Part shown: positions 53,615 through 63,704 of the stretch, piece by piece
Numbering within the stretch: the first letter of the stretch is position 1
How the letters are laid out: each line of letters begins with the position of its first letter
Position numbers and translations under genes: made by a program
The notes under the pieces: generated by a model
Database searches by the model: none
Seen by the model: the letters and a program-made list of their open reading frames with translations, nothing else
Told to the model about the DNA's origin: nothing
Assembly: GCA_036845225.1 (NCBI GenBank)
Contig: DAIUEJ010000007.1
Coordinates: forward strand, 6,578 to 70,577
Direction: 5' to 3'
Origin: Candidatus Anoxymicrobiaceae bacterium
Lineage (GTDB): Bacteria; Actinomycetota; Geothermincolia; Fen-727; Anoxymicrobiaceae
DNA: 64,000 nt

Positions 53615-54514
53615 ATGACTGACGTAGTTCTGAAGAAGCTGGTACTCGTCCTGGTAGTCGTGGCTTTGCTCGTGGCGATCGGCTGTTCATCTTGCGGAAA
53701 CAGTGCCCGTCCCACGACGAAGGCGAAGACAGGCACGCTGACCGTTCCGGGCAATGCGCCGGCCCCAACACCGGGGAACATCCCGGCGCACCTGAACGCC
53801 GACCAGCTCCAGAAGTTCGACCATTCGAAGAACGACTTCACTTTTGCCATCTTCGGGGACAACCGCGGCTCCATGACGGTGTTCCCGGCGCTTATCAGCA
53901 AGGTCAACGCTGACGATGTGCTTTTCGGCTTCGACAACGGCGACCTGGTGGACAGCCCGACTGTCGCGAACTACAGGGTGTTCATGGACCAGTTCGACGC
54001 CGCGACAAAGCCGATGCTCACCTCGGCAGGCAACCACGACGACGGCTCGAGCGACCTGTACAGCTCGCTCTTCGGCGCCCCCTACTACGACTTCACCGTG
54101 GGCAACAGCCTCTTCATCGTCCTCGACGATTCGAACGAGAACAACATCGACCCCGCTCAGCTCGAGTGGCTCAAGGGGAAGCTCACCGCCGGGCAGACTT
54201 ACAAGAACCGCATCGTCATCATGCACGTGCCGCTGTTCGACCCCCGTGTCGGCCCGCAGGGGGTGGGCCATTCGCTCGCGGACGTCCAGCACGCGAAGAT
54301 GCTCAACGCCCTGTTCGACCAGTACCACGTGACACTGCTGGTGACGTCCCACATCCACGGTTACTTCGAAGGGGTCTGGGGCGCCACTCCCTACGTAATC
54401 TCGGCGGGCGCGGGGGCGCCGCTGTACGGGACGGACCCGGCTCACTTCTTCTACCATTATGTGCGGGTGCACGTGTCCGACCAGGGCGTTACCCACGAGG
54501 TCGTGAAGATCTGA
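53615..54514 (+). CDS. Metallophosphoesterase lipoprotein
   Basis: Lipobox IGCSSC; FGDNR, GDLVD, GNHD, MHVP, SHIH motifs. Confidence 0.9.
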   Translation: MTDVVLKKLVLVLVVVALLVAIGCSSCGNSARPTTKAKTGTLTVPGNAPAPTPGNIPAHLNADQLQKFDHSKNDFTFAIFGDNRGSMTVFPALISKVNADDVLFGFDNGDLVDSPTVANYRVFMDQFDAATKPMLTSAGNHDDGSSDLYSSLFGAPYYDFTVGNSLFIVLDDSNENNIDPAQLEWLKGKLTAGQTYKNRIVIMHVPLFDPRVGPQGVGHSLADVQHAKMLNALFDQYHVTLLVTSHIHGYFEGVWGATPYVISAGAGAPLYGTDPAHFFYHYVRVHVSDQGVTHEVVKI

Positions 54515-54552
54515 CGACGCGAACGCGCAAGGGGCCGCTATTGCGTCAAAAA

Positions 54553-54589
54553 GTGAAAGGAAAGTGCCTGGCACCGGTTTTACACTCAG
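54553..54589. repeat. Palindromic element variant GTGCCTGGCACC
   Basis: 36/37 identical to the reverse complement of 17908-17944. Confidence 0.9.
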
Positions 54590-54600
54590 GGGTTTCTCAG
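54584..54600 (+). promoter_or_regulatory. Candidate OmpR-family (MprA-like) direct-repeat box
   Basis: ACTCAG-N5-TCTCAG upstream of the response regulator; a second copy lies at 56424-56440. Confidence 0.5.
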
Positions 54601-54689
54601 GTTTCAAAGGTAGAAATCATGTTGTAACAGTTTGTTCTGGATTAATGTCGTAACATGGCATCCGGTAGATGCCACGACCGGGATAACAG

Positions 54690-55370
54690 ATGAGGATTCT
54701 CATAATAGAAGACGATGCCAAGATCGCCAGGGCGATCAAGAAAGGGCTCGAGCAGGAAGCCTACGCCGTGGACGTGGCCGGCGACTACGAGGGCGGGCTG
54801 GGCCTCGCGGTCACGCAGGAGTACGACCTGCTGGTGCTCGACCGCATGCTCCCGGGTTTCGCGGAGGGCATGGACCTGTGCAAGGACGTGCGCAAGCGCG
54901 GCATGGACCTCCCGATCCTGATGCTGACCGCCAAGGACAAGATCTCCGACCGCGTGGAGGGCCTGAACGCCGGCGCCGACGATTACCTGGTGAAGCCTTT
55001 CGCGTTCGAGGAGCTGCTCGCGCGCGTGAGGGCGCTACTGCGCAGGCCCCAGAGCAGCCTGGGGGAGACGCTCGAGGTCGCCGACCTCACCCTCGATACC
55101 GTGAACTTCAACGCGAAGCGCGCGGGCAAGGCGATTATGCTCTCCAAGACCGAGTACGCCCTGCTCGAGTACCTGATGAGAAACGAGGGGATAGTCCTCT
55201 CCAGGGACAGCATAATCAGCCACGTCTGGGACTACGACGCCGACGTGCTTCCTAATACGGTCGAGGTCTACATAGGTTACCTGCGCTCGAAGATCGACAA
55301 GCCGTTCAAGGGCCCGAAGCTGATCCACACCGTGCGTGGCTTCGGTTACATGATCGGGGTGCGCGAGTGA
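54690..55370 (+). CDS. OmpR-family response regulator
   Basis: IIEDD, LDRMLPG, LTAKD, DDYLVKPF, HTVRGFGY. Confidence 0.95.
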   Translation: MRILIIEDDAKIARAIKKGLEQEAYAVDVAGDYEGGLGLAVTQEYDLLVLDRMLPGFAEGMDLCKDVRKRGMDLPILMLTAKDKISDRVEGLNAGADDYLVKPFAFEELLARVRALLRRPQSSLGETLEVADLTLDTVNFNAKRAGKAIMLSKTEYALLEYLMRNEGIVLSRDSIISHVWDYDADVLPNTVEVYIGYLRSKIDKPFKGPKLIHTVRGFGYMIGVRE

Positions 55371-56398
55371 ACTTCCGCCGGTCCCTCATCAAGCTGACCC
55401 TGGGTTACATGCTCCTGATAATCGTCATCAGCGGTGTCTTGAGCTACGGGGTGTTCAGACTGGGAAGCATGCAGCTCGAGCGCAGGCTGGAGCTCCGGCA
55501 ACAGGTGATGATGGACGATCCCCTGATGGTCGGCCCGGACCCGCACTTCCTCGACCCCCACGCGGTCCGCGAGGTCAAGCACCGCCTGGGCATGTCTCTC
55601 ATCTACTTCAACTTCGGCGTGCTGTGCCTGGCCGGACTGATCAGCTACGGGCTCGCCAGGCGAGAGCTGAAGCCGATGGAGACCGCGCTCGACCTGCAGG
55701 GGCGGTTCACCTCCGATGCCGCCCACGAGCTGCGGACCCCGCTCACGGCCATGAAGACCGAGATAGAGGTGGCGCTTCGCGGCGGAGAGCTGGAGGCTTC
55801 AGAGGTGCGCGAGCTGCTCGAGAGCAACCTCGAGGAGATCGGGAAGCTCGAGTCGCTGTCCAGCAGCCTCCTGAAGCTCGCCCAGTACGAGGAGGGCGCC
55901 CAGAAGAAGAGTGCCCTCGGCGCGAACGACGTCGGCTCCGTCCTGAACGAGGCCCTTGAAAGGGTCAGCCGGACCGCCGAGGCGCGCGGCATCAAAGCCG
56001 AACTCGTCACCGAGGAGGTGACGGTCGCCGGGGACAGGGACAGCCTGGTGGAGCTCTTCGTCATCCTCCTCGACAACAGCCTCAAGTACAGCGACGATAA
56101 CACCACGGTGACTCTCGCCGCCCACGCGCAGAAGCGCCAGACCGTTATCGCGGTCAAGGACGAGGGCTACGGCATCAGCGAGGAAGACCTTGACCACGTG
56201 TTCGACCGCTTCTACCGCGGGAAGTTCCCGGCTGAGAAGAAGCGGGTGAGCGGGTACGGCCTGGGGCTGTCCATCGCCAGGAGGATCGCCGAGATCAACC
56301 ACGGCACCATCGAGATACACAGCAAGCCCGGCCAGGGGACGACGGTCACCGTCAAGCTCCCCCTCGGCCGTCACACGGGCAGGGCGCCGGGGGCTTGA
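55367..56398 (+). CDS. Membrane sensor histidine kinase
   Basis: Two TM helices, AAHELRTPL, LLDNSLKY, DEGYG, FDRFYR, GLGLSI; GTGA overlap. Confidence 0.95.
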   Translation: MNFRRSLIKLTLGYMLLIIVISGVLSYGVFRLGSMQLERRLELRQQVMMDDPLMVGPDPHFLDPHAVREVKHRLGMSLIYFNFGVLCLAGLISYGLARRELKPMETALDLQGRFTSDAAHELRTPLTAMKTEIEVALRGGELEASEVRELLESNLEEIGKLESLSSSLLKLAQYEEGAQKKSALGANDVGSVLNEALERVSRTAEARGIKAELVTEEVTVAGDRDSLVELFVILLDNSLKYSDDNTTVTLAAHAQKRQTVIAVKDEGYGISEEDLDHVFDRFYRGKFPAEKKRVSGYGLGLSIARRIAEINHGTIEIHSKPGQGTTVTVKLPLGRHTGRAPGA

Positions 56399-56423
56399 AA
56401 CAAGCTGACCGCCCTGAAGCATC

Positions 56424-56440
56424 TCTAAGCGTTTTCTCAG
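56424..56440 (+). promoter_or_regulatory. Candidate OmpR-family (MprA-like) direct-repeat box
   Basis: TCTAAG-N5-TCTCAG upstream of the lipoprotein-ABC-htrA genes. Confidence 0.5.
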
Positions 56441-56501
56441 GATTCGACTGTAAAAGTAGCAGGAAAGAACGGCGGCTGAGTTTTTCAAGAAAGGAACTGC
56501 C

Positions 56502-57260
56502 ATGAGAAAGGCCGGACGCAGGTGGGGCCGGGCAGGCCTCGTATTGTGCATCGTCGCGGCGCTGGCTCTGATGACGGTCTACCTGGCATCATGCGGCGGG
56601 ACCTCGACCAAGAAACAGGCATCGAGCAGCAGCACCAAGCTGCCGCCCGGCGTCACCAGGTCTGAAACGACTCAGCCGTCAACGGTGCCCACCAGCACCC
56701 CGACGGGCACCGGCAACCAGGCCCAGAGCACAGCGCCCTCGACAACGCAGACAGCGGCGACGCCCTCGGCCAGTGCCGGGCTGGTCGGTGCCAAGTTCAC
56801 GGTTGTCGCCGCGACGAGGCCGAACACCAACCAGAGTGTCATCTCTTCCAGCGCGCGCGCGGTGCCGGGCGACTACCTGGAGGTCGAGTTCAGCATCTAC
56901 AACGACGGGACCCAGGGCCTCGTCGACCTGTCCCAGTACTCCTTCCGCCTCCAGAGTACGGGCATCCAGGCCGACACCTACTCCGACTACTATGGGACTG
57001 TCGGGACGTATGGCGCCTACGTGGATACCAACGAGATCTCGGCCACCCTCATGGACTTTGGGAACCTCCAGCCCGTGGCATACAAGGTCAAGGTCGGCGA
57101 GACCGTCACGAAGGTGTTCTGTTTCTTCGACTTGAACCCCCTGACCGACGCTCCGAACACGGGCGTCACCAAAGACAATACACAAGTGATAATCCACAAG
57201 ACGGGCGGCACGGACTCCGGCACGCAGGTAGGCATACCTCTTGCCGGCTATCCGGATTGA
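56502..57260 (+). CDS. Lipoprotein with a Ser/Thr-rich linker and beta-rich C-terminal domain
   Basis: Lipobox LASC, low-complexity S/T/Q linker, then YLEVEFSIYN...FDLNP. Confidence 0.75.
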   Translation: MRKAGRRWGRAGLVLCIVAALALMTVYLASCGGTSTKKQASSSSTKLPPGVTRSETTQPSTVPTSTPTGTGNQAQSTAPSTTQTAATPSASAGLVGAKFTVVAATRPNTNQSVISSSARAVPGDYLEVEFSIYNDGTQGLVDLSQYSFRLQSTGIQADTYSDYYGTVGTYGAYVDTNEISATLMDFGNLQPVAYKVKVGETVTKVFCFFDLNPLTDAPNTGVTKDNTQVIIHKTGGTDSGTQVGIPLAGYPD

Positions 57261-57281
57261 TTGAGAGGCAGGTCAGGCAAC

Positions 57282-58826
57282 ATGAGGACTTTCCATAGAG
57301 GATTCAGGAGCTTCAGGCGCAACTACACCCGCAACATCGTGGTGGTCGTGCTGCTGTTCGTGTGCCTCACGTTCTCCATGTCGATGCTCGCGGTGAAGCT
57401 CGCCGCGGACAACCAGGTCAGCACGATCAAGCAACAGGTGGGCAATTACGGCCAGATACAGATCAGCTCCGCCTACCAGATGAAACAGTTCCAGGCCGAG
57501 CGCAACAAGACGGCGGCCGAGCGCCAGGCCGAGGCGCGGAGCCTGACCACCGAACAAGCGTTCGCTAACAAGGTAGCCAACCTGGTGCCGGAGAAGCTGA
57601 CCGACCAGTTCGCCAAGGACTCTTACATCAAGACGTACGACAAGGTCCTCGAGACGAACGTCACCATGAACAACCTCACCAACACCAACCTGACGCAGTT
57701 ATTCGCCCTGCGCCAGGGTGAAGCTAACAGCGGCGGAGGCGGCGGCGGAGGTCGCGGCGTCTTCGGCATGAACCAGAACAGTTTTATATTCGGCGGGAAC
57801 ACGAACGGCGCTTCCGCCTCGGACTTCACGACGGGCGCCAAGAAGCTTGTAGCCGGCAGTCTCTTCACGTACGCGGATTATCAGAACGCAAACCCCGTCG
57901 TCGTGATCGAGAAGAACTTCGCCGACCAGAACTCGCTCAAGGTGGGCAGCACGGTGCAGGCGCAGATATCAGGTGCGACAGGGGTCGGCTCGACCATGGA
58001 CCTGAAGGTCATCGGTATCTACGAGACGGTCCAGGCCCAGCAGCAGAGCCAGAGCAACTCGCCATTGGGCAACATCAACCCCGCGGGCAACGAGTTCTAC
58101 GCTCCGGTGTCCGTCATCCAGAAGCTGAACGCGACGCCGGGCTACCTGTCATTGGGTTCGTATTACTTCGACTCCGTGGAGAATACGCCCACGCTCAAGG
58201 TCACCTTCAAGAAAGAGGCCGCGGGCACGGACAATAAATACGAGTTGGCTACCGACCTCACCGATTACCAGGCCATCGCGGATCCGCTGCTGAAGGCGAA
58301 GAATACCTCACTGATAGGACTGGCCGGAGCGCTCGGCGCGTGCGCCGTGATCATCCTGCTGGCCATGGTCATCATCATCAGCGGCCGGACCAGGGAGCTC
58401 GGCATCCTCAAGGCCATCGGCTCGACCGACCGGCAGGTGATCGGCCAGTTCGCCGTCGAGATCCTCTGCATCTGCCTGGTGGCGATAATCCTGGCCATGG
58501 GAGCGACTGCGATCATCGGCCAGAGCCTGGGCAACTGGATCCTGCCCAAGAGCCAGCCTGCCACAAACCAGCAGGCGCAGGACCAGAGCGGCCCCGGCGG
58601 CCTCGTGAACAGGCTGATTAACCAGCAACTCTACAACAAGGGTGGCAGGTTCACGGCCGCGGCCTCTACACAGAAACAGCAGGCCGCGAAGCTGAACGTG
58701 GTCTACCGGGGAGCGCTGTTCCTCTACGGGATACTGATCCTGGTGGGCTTGAGCCTGGTAGGGATGGCGATACCGCTCATCTGGATAATCCGACTGAGAC
58801 CCGCGCGAGTCCTGAGCATGGAATGA
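57282..58826 (+). CDS. ABC transporter permease (FtsX/MacB-like)
   Basis: N-terminal TM, large periplasmic domain, RTRELGILKAIG motif, C-terminal TMs. Confidence 0.9.
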   Translation: MRTFHRGFRSFRRNYTRNIVVVVLLFVCLTFSMSMLAVKLAADNQVSTIKQQVGNYGQIQISSAYQMKQFQAERNKTAAERQAEARSLTTEQAFANKVANLVPEKLTDQFAKDSYIKTYDKVLETNVTMNNLTNTNLTQLFALRQGEANSGGGGGGGRGVFGMNQNSFIFGGNTNGASASDFTTGAKKLVAGSLFTYADYQNANPVVVIEKNFADQNSLKVGSTVQAQISGATGVGSTMDLKVIGIYETVQAQQQSQSNSPLGNINPAGNEFYAPVSVIQKLNATPGYLSLGSYYFDSVENTPTLKVTFKKEAAGTDNKYELATDLTDYQAIADPLLKAKNTSLIGLAGALGACAVIILLAMVIIISGRTRELGILKAIGSTDRQVIGQFAVEILCICLVAIILAMGATAIIGQSLGNWILPKSQPATNQQAQDQSGPGGLVNRLINQQLYNKGGRFTAAASTQKQQAAKLNVVYRGALFLYGILILVGLSLVGMAIPLIWIIRLRPARVLSME

Positions 58827-58835
58827 GGTAGCGAA

Positions 58836-59522
58836 ATGCCTGAAGAGATAATGAACGTCAAAGACGTCAGCAAGACCTTCGAGGTCAAGGCCGGTGACGT
58901 GACCGCGGTCGACCAGGTGAGCTTCACCGCCGCGAGGGGTCAGGTCACCACCATCGTGGGCCCGTCAGGCTCGGGAAAGACGACGCTGCTCTACGTGATC
59001 GGCTCGCTGGAGAAGCCGGAGTCGGGGGAGATCGACGTCGCCGGGCAAGATATCCTCGACGCGGGCACCGACCTGGTCAAGTACCGCCGCGAGAACGTGG
59101 GGTTCGTCTTCCAGTTCTTCAACCTGGTCCCGACGCTCACCGCCCTCGAGAACGTGATGCTGCCGATGGACCTCGCGGGGGTCCCGGTGGAGGAGCAGCG
59201 AAAGCGCGGCACGGCTCTGCTCGAGAAGATGGGGGTCGAAGGCAGGCTGCTGAAAGCGCGACCGAACAAGATGAGCGGCGGCGAGAACCAGAGGGTCGCA
59301 ATCGCCCGCGCGCTCGCGAACGACCCGGACGTGATACTCGCAGACGAGCCCACCGGCAACCTCGATACAGCCACCGGCAAGGTGGTAGTGGAGATCCTCT
59401 CGAACCTGGCGCACGACGAGGGCAAGTGCGTCCTCATGGTGACCCATGACGAGAGCATCCTCGACGTTTCCGACAGGGCGTTCCACATGACGGACGGCAA
59501 GCTCAGCGAGATGCCGCATTAG
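58836..59522 (+). CDS. ABC transporter ATP-binding protein (LolD/MacB-like)
   Basis: GPSGSGKT, MSGGENQRVAIAR, LADEPTGNLD. Confidence 0.95.
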   Translation: MPEEIMNVKDVSKTFEVKAGDVTAVDQVSFTAARGQVTTIVGPSGSGKTTLLYVIGSLEKPESGEIDVAGQDILDAGTDLVKYRRENVGFVFQFFNLVPTLTALENVMLPMDLAGVPVEEQRKRGTALLEKMGVEGRLLKARPNKMSGGENQRVAIARALANDPDVILADEPTGNLDTATGKVVVEILSNLAHDEGKCVLMVTHDESILDVSDRAFHMTDGKLSEMPH

Positions 59523-59555
59523 CGGGGGATCGCAGAGATAAGGAAGCGAGAGATC

Positions 59556-60146
59556 TTGGACAGAAGGAAGACGATCTGGCCCATAGCGCTGTCGCTGGCA
59601 TTGCTGGCGCTGACGGTCGTGGCGGTCGCGGGCTGCGGCGCCTCGAGCACCGCCAAGGGTTCCGGCGGCGCAGTCACCGAAGCCCAACTCGGCGCCCCGG
59701 TCTATCCGGGTGCCACAAGAGTGGACGCGTCGCAGACGATGGGCGGGCAAGGGTTCAGGCCGGGCTTCTCGAACGGCACGGCGCCGCGGTTCGAGGGCAG
59801 CGCGCCGCAGTTCCAGGGGAGCCGCCCGAACTGGAACACGCAGGGCTCCGCGCCGAGGGCACCGGGTGGCTCGGCCGTGGCGCTGTGGACGCCCGATGCA
59901 TCCACCAAGGTAGCCGCGTGGTACAGGGGCAAGCTCAAGAGCAAGACCGGTTTCCAGGAGAGGACTTTCCCGGCGATGTCGGCGGGAGGCATGTCGGCTC
60001 CGGCGATCTTCTCCTTCAAGTCCGGTAGCGACACGAGGACCGTGATGGTGCGGGCCGCGGCGCAGGACAAGGGCGGCAGCTACATAACGGTCAGGACGGT
60101 CAACCAGGGAGTGCCTTCGGGGGCTCCATCCAACCAGGGCACATAG
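59556..60146 (+). CDS. Hypothetical lipoprotein
   Basis: Lipobox VAGC; PVYPGAT...AAWYRGKL pattern; Gly/Gln-rich insert. Confidence 0.75.
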   Translation: MDRRKTIWPIALSLALLALTVVAVAGCGASSTAKGSGGAVTEAQLGAPVYPGATRVDASQTMGGQGFRPGFSNGTAPRFEGSAPQFQGSRPNWNTQGSAPRAPGGSAVALWTPDASTKVAAWYRGKLKSKTGFQERTFPAMSAGGMSAPAIFSFKSGSDTRTVMVRAAAQDKGGSYITVRTVNQGVPSGAPSNQGT

Positions 60147-60165
60147 AGACCAGGAGAGAGAAATC

Positions 60166-61482
60166 ATGGACGAGTACCAGCAGGGAGCAGGACAGCAGTA
60201 CAACGGAGGTCAGCCACCGTACGGTAACTACGGAACGGGCGGCGGGCAGGTCCCACCGGCATACGCGCAACCAGCCGCGCCGCGGCCTCCACGCCGCGGG
60301 AGCGCGGGCGGCGGCCGGGGACGGACCGCGCTGATGACCATCGCAGCGGGAATAATCGGGGCGCTGATCGTCCTTCTGATCATGCCCGCTGTCTTCGGGG
60401 TCAATCCCTACGACCTCGTGCGTGGCAAGGTGAAGAATGTCAACAACGTCGTCGTCACCCCGGGCAAGCAGGCGTCGAACGTGGTCAGCCCGACGCAGGG
60501 CGCGCAGGACGTGTCGTCTATCGCAAAGCAGGTGACGCCGTCCATAGTCAACATCGACGTGACCAGCACCCCGCAGCAGCAGAACCCGTTCTTCCAGACC
60601 GCGCCCCAATCGGGGACCGGCTCGGGCGTCATCTACACGGCTGATGGTTACATAATCACCAACAACCACGTGGTGGAAGGCGCCACGGACATCACGGTAA
60701 CGCTGGCGAGCGGTGCGGAGCTCAAGGCGAAGCTCGTAGGCACCGACCCCGAGAATGACATCGCGGTCGTCAAGATCGACAAGACCGGCCTGCCTGCCAT
60801 CGCCGTCGGCAACTCCGACACCCTTGTCGTCGGCCAGCTTGTGGTGGCCGTTGGAAGCCCGCTCGGCTTCGAGCAGACCGTGACCGCGGGGATCATCAGT
60901 GCGCTCCACCGCAATGTCGCGGCGGACAATACCAGCGGACAGACGTCCGTGCTGACCGACCTGATCCAGACCGACGCGCCCATCAACCCGGGCAACTCCG
61001 GCGGAGCGCTCTGCGACTCGGGAGCGGACCTCATCGGCATCAACGCGCTTATCGCCAGCCAGTCGGGCGGGTCCGTGGGAATCGGTTTCGCTATCCCCGC
61101 CAATACCGCGAAGCGGGTTGCGGATAGCCTGATCGCCGGAAAGTCGGTGTCCCATCCGTACATCGGGGTGCAGGGCCAGACCGTCAGCAGCGACATTGCG
61201 ACCCAGTACAACCTGCCCGTCAGTGAGGGTGCGTTCGTGACCGGCGTGGTCCAGGGAAGCCCCTCACAGAAGGCCGGCCTCAAGACCGGCGACATCATAG
61301 TCGCGGCGGACGGGCAGCCGGTGAAGTCGGTGGACGACCTCATCGCAGCGGTACGCAAGAAGAACGTCGGCGACAAGATGTCCATCACCTACTACGACGG
61401 CAGCAACAAGAAGACCGTCGACGTGACCATCCAGGAAGAGCCCGCGAACCTGGGACAGTCCGCCGTGGACAACGGCGCCTGA
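60166..61482 (+). CDS. htrA: HtrA/DegP-family serine protease with PDZ domain
   Basis: TM anchor, TNNHV, DIAV, QTDAPINPGNSGG, PDZ (GDIIVAADG). Confidence 0.95.
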   Translation: MDEYQQGAGQQYNGGQPPYGNYGTGGGQVPPAYAQPAAPRPPRRGSAGGGRGRTALMTIAAGIIGALIVLLIMPAVFGVNPYDLVRGKVKNVNNVVVTPGKQASNVVSPTQGAQDVSSIAKQVTPSIVNIDVTSTPQQQNPFFQTAPQSGTGSGVIYTADGYIITNNHVVEGATDITVTLASGAELKAKLVGTDPENDIAVVKIDKTGLPAIAVGNSDTLVVGQLVVAVGSPLGFEQTVTAGIISALHRNVAADNTSGQTSVLTDLIQTDAPINPGNSGGALCDSGADLIGINALIASQSGGSVGIGFAIPANTAKRVADSLIAGKSVSHPYIGVQGQTVSSDIATQYNLPVSEGAFVTGVVQGSPSQKAGLKTGDIIVAADGQPVKSVDDLIAAVRKKNVGDKMSITYYDGSNKKTVDVTIQEEPANLGQSAVDNGA

Positions 61483-61488
61483 CATACA

Positions 61489-61580
61489 TAGAAAAACGCA
61501 AAAAAGGGGTCAGACCCCTTCTTTGCGTTTTCTAAGCACCTGCACCAACTGCGCCACTGGGGTCAGACCCCGGTGGCGCA
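61489..61580. repeat. Two GGGGTCAGACCCC elements with different arms
   Basis: TAGAAAAACGCAAAAAA-core(61506)-TTCTTTGCGTTTTCTA and TGCGCCACT-core(61559)-GGTGGCGCA. Confidence 0.92.
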
Positions 61581-61589
61581 TTCATCTGA

Positions 61590-61817
61590 TATCATCTCGT
61601 CGTATCGACACCGGTCCTGATGTTCATTGCGGGTGACGACACGAGCGTTCCGCCGGCGCAGACCTGGGTGACGTACCGTGGCATCCAGAAGTACGCGCAG
61701 GCGCCGACGGACCTGTTCGTGTTCCCGGGGGAGCCTCACGTGATGCAGAAGCTGGCGCACCAGAAGCGGAAGATGGTCGAAGAGCAGAAGTGGTTCGACA
61801 AGTACCTGTTCAGATGA
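61590..61817 (+). pseudogene. C-terminal remnant of an S9 (prolyl oligopeptidase-like) peptidase
   Basis: TPVLMFIAGDDTSVP (catalytic Asp) and FPGEPH (catalytic His), ending WFDKYL; the upstream part, including the Ser, is missing. Confidence 0.75.
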
Positions 61818-61852
61818 TGAAGTCGTTCGATTTTACACTTTGATTACACTTT

Positions 61853-62338
61853 TCAGGCCTGCTGCTCGGAAAGCTTCGCGCCCAGCTCTCTGCCGAACTC
61901 CACAGCGCGGGCTACTTCGGTCTCCGGGAGCGTGCCCTTCTGGCGCCCGGGGGGCTTGTATCCCTTCATGCCCGCGATGAACGGCCGAGCGAGCGGGGTG
62001 AGGCCGCCTTTCTCGAGCAAATCGTACAGCTGCTCGGAAGCCTGCAGGTTGGGTTTCTCATCGAAAACGGTTCCGCCCGTGCTGAACGCCGCAAACGGCT
62101 TGCCCGCGAACCCGGACTTGATGACCTGTCTTGCGTAGCTCTTGATCTTCCTGGTCGCGCCGGGCCAGCGGGTCGCGCCGCCGATGACCACGAAATCGAG
62201 TGTGGGGTCCGGCTTGTCGGCGTACGCGACAGAGACGAGGCGTACCTCCTGGCCCGATTCATAGAGCCCATTCGCGATGGCCTCCGCGATCGTTCTGCAG
62301 CTGCCCCAGAAGCTGTGATAGACAACGACGCCTTTCAT
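61853..62338 (-). CDS. Flavodoxin-family protein
   Basis: VVYHSFWGSCRTIAEAIA, VVIGGAT, FAAFST; ATG 62338 (the longer ORF translates the repeat). Confidence 0.82.
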   Translation of the reverse strand: MKGVVVYHSFWGSCRTIAEAIANGLYESGQEVRLVSVAYADKPDPTLDFVVIGGATRWPGATRKIKSYARQVIKSGFAGKPFAAFSTGGTVFDEKPNLQASEQLYDLLEKGGLTPLARPFIAGMKGYKPPGRQKGTLPETEVARAVEFGRELGAKLSEQQA

Positions 62339-62454
62339 GGTGTGCCACCTTTCACCGTGTTCCACGAACGTCAACAGCCGACGACTATCGTACACCTTCC
62401 CGAGGTCCTTGAGCCGGCCCCCAGAACGCGATAGGATTCTGTGAAAACCTGGTG

Positions 62455-62531
62455 GAAAACCGGTGCCAGGCACTTTTTACCTCATTTTTTACACTTCGGG
62501 GTAGACGATGGGGCAGACGGTGCCTGACCCC
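62455..62531. repeat. Two element variants
   Basis: GAAAACC-GGTGCCAGGCAC-TTTTT (62462) and GGTGCCTGACCCC (62519). Confidence 0.85.
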
Positions 62532-62548
62532 TCTAGTGGAGGTGGATC

Positions 62549-63700
62549 ATGGGCAAGGCAGTTCTTCGGACAAAGCTGTGCGAGATGCTGGACATCGAGT
62601 ACCCGATCATGAGCGCGGGCATGGGACCCAATACTCTGACGGAGGAGGTCGGCGCTCCGGTCGACCTGGTCGTCGCGGTCTCTGAGGCGGGAGGCTGCGG
62701 GGTGCTCGGCGCCAGCGGCTATTCGCTCGCCGAGCTGCGCGACGCGATCCACGAGATCAGGGACAAGACGAGCAAGCCGTTCGGCGTGGACATCCTGCTC
62801 CCCAAGAACGTCGCTGACCTGGGAGCGACCGAGGGAGTCTCCGAGGTCCCCTTGAGCCAGATCCTCGCGACCATGCCCCAGCCATACCAGGACTACGTCG
62901 CGAAGTTGAAGAGCGGCCTGGACCTTCCCGACGTGGACGCGATGGTCAAGACCGACACAACCACGATGCGCCCGAAAGAAGCGGTCGAAATCTGCATCGA
63001 TGAGAAGATCCCCTTGTTCTGCGCCGGGCTCGGCAACCCCGACTTCATGGTCGAGGAGGCACACGCCAACGGTATCAAGGTGCTCGCGATCACGGGCAAC
63101 AGCAAGAACGCCAAGCGCATGGCCGCCGGTGGTATCGACATGCTGGTGGCGCAGGGGCACGAGGCGGGCGGCCACACGGGCAGGGTCGGCACCATGGCGC
63201 TCATCCCCGCATGTATCGACGCGGCTTTTCCCGTGCCGGTGATCGCCGCCGGCGGCATCGCCGACGGGCGCGGCGTCGCCGGGGCGCTTGCGATGGGCTG
63301 CATCGGTGTCTGGGTCGGCACGCGCTTCCTCGCGACCAACGAGGGCGGCGCCTCGGATATCATCAAGCAGAACATCGTCGATGCCACCGACGAGGGCACA
63401 TGCGTGAGCACGATGTTCACGGGCAAGACGCTGCGCGCGATCCGCTCGAAGTTCCACGAGTCCTGGGAGGAGTCGGGGCTGACGGCGCTGCCGTTCCCGA
63501 TGCAGATCATCGTCTCCTCGTCGCTGTTCGGCAGCTTCGTCGAGGCGAACGCCTCCGAATACATCGGTGGGTTCGCGGGACAGGCTTCGGGGATCATTCA
63601 CGAGATCAAGCCCGCGGGCGAGGTCCTGCAGGACATGGTGGACGGGGCGGTCGAGATCCTCACGAAGAAGCTGCCAGGAAGCGTGACCGCGTCCGCGTAG
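62549..63700 (+). CDS. Nitronate monooxygenase/FabK-like flavin-dependent oxidoreductase
   Basis: IEYPIMSAGM, QGHEAGGHTG, AAGGIADGRG, VGTRFLAT, GQASG. Confidence 0.9.
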   Translation: MGKAVLRTKLCEMLDIEYPIMSAGMGPNTLTEEVGAPVDLVVAVSEAGGCGVLGASGYSLAELRDAIHEIRDKTSKPFGVDILLPKNVADLGATEGVSEVPLSQILATMPQPYQDYVAKLKSGLDLPDVDAMVKTDTTTMRPKEAVEICIDEKIPLFCAGLGNPDFMVEEAHANGIKVLAITGNSKNAKRMAAGGIDMLVAQGHEAGGHTGRVGTMALIPACIDAAFPVPVIAAGGIADGRGVAGALAMGCIGVWVGTRFLATNEGGASDIIKQNIVDATDEGTCVSTMFTGKTLRAIRSKFHESWEESGLTALPFPMQIIVSSSLFGSFVEANASEYIGGFAGQASGIIHEIKPAGEVLQDMVDGAVEILTKKLPGSVTASA

Positions 63701-63704
63701 ACAT

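Noticed and set aside
54619-54655. TGTYGTAACA pair as a regulator site
   Set aside because: Only two copies here and partial TGTAACA words near 31221 and 31703; no cognate regulator or consistent spacing.
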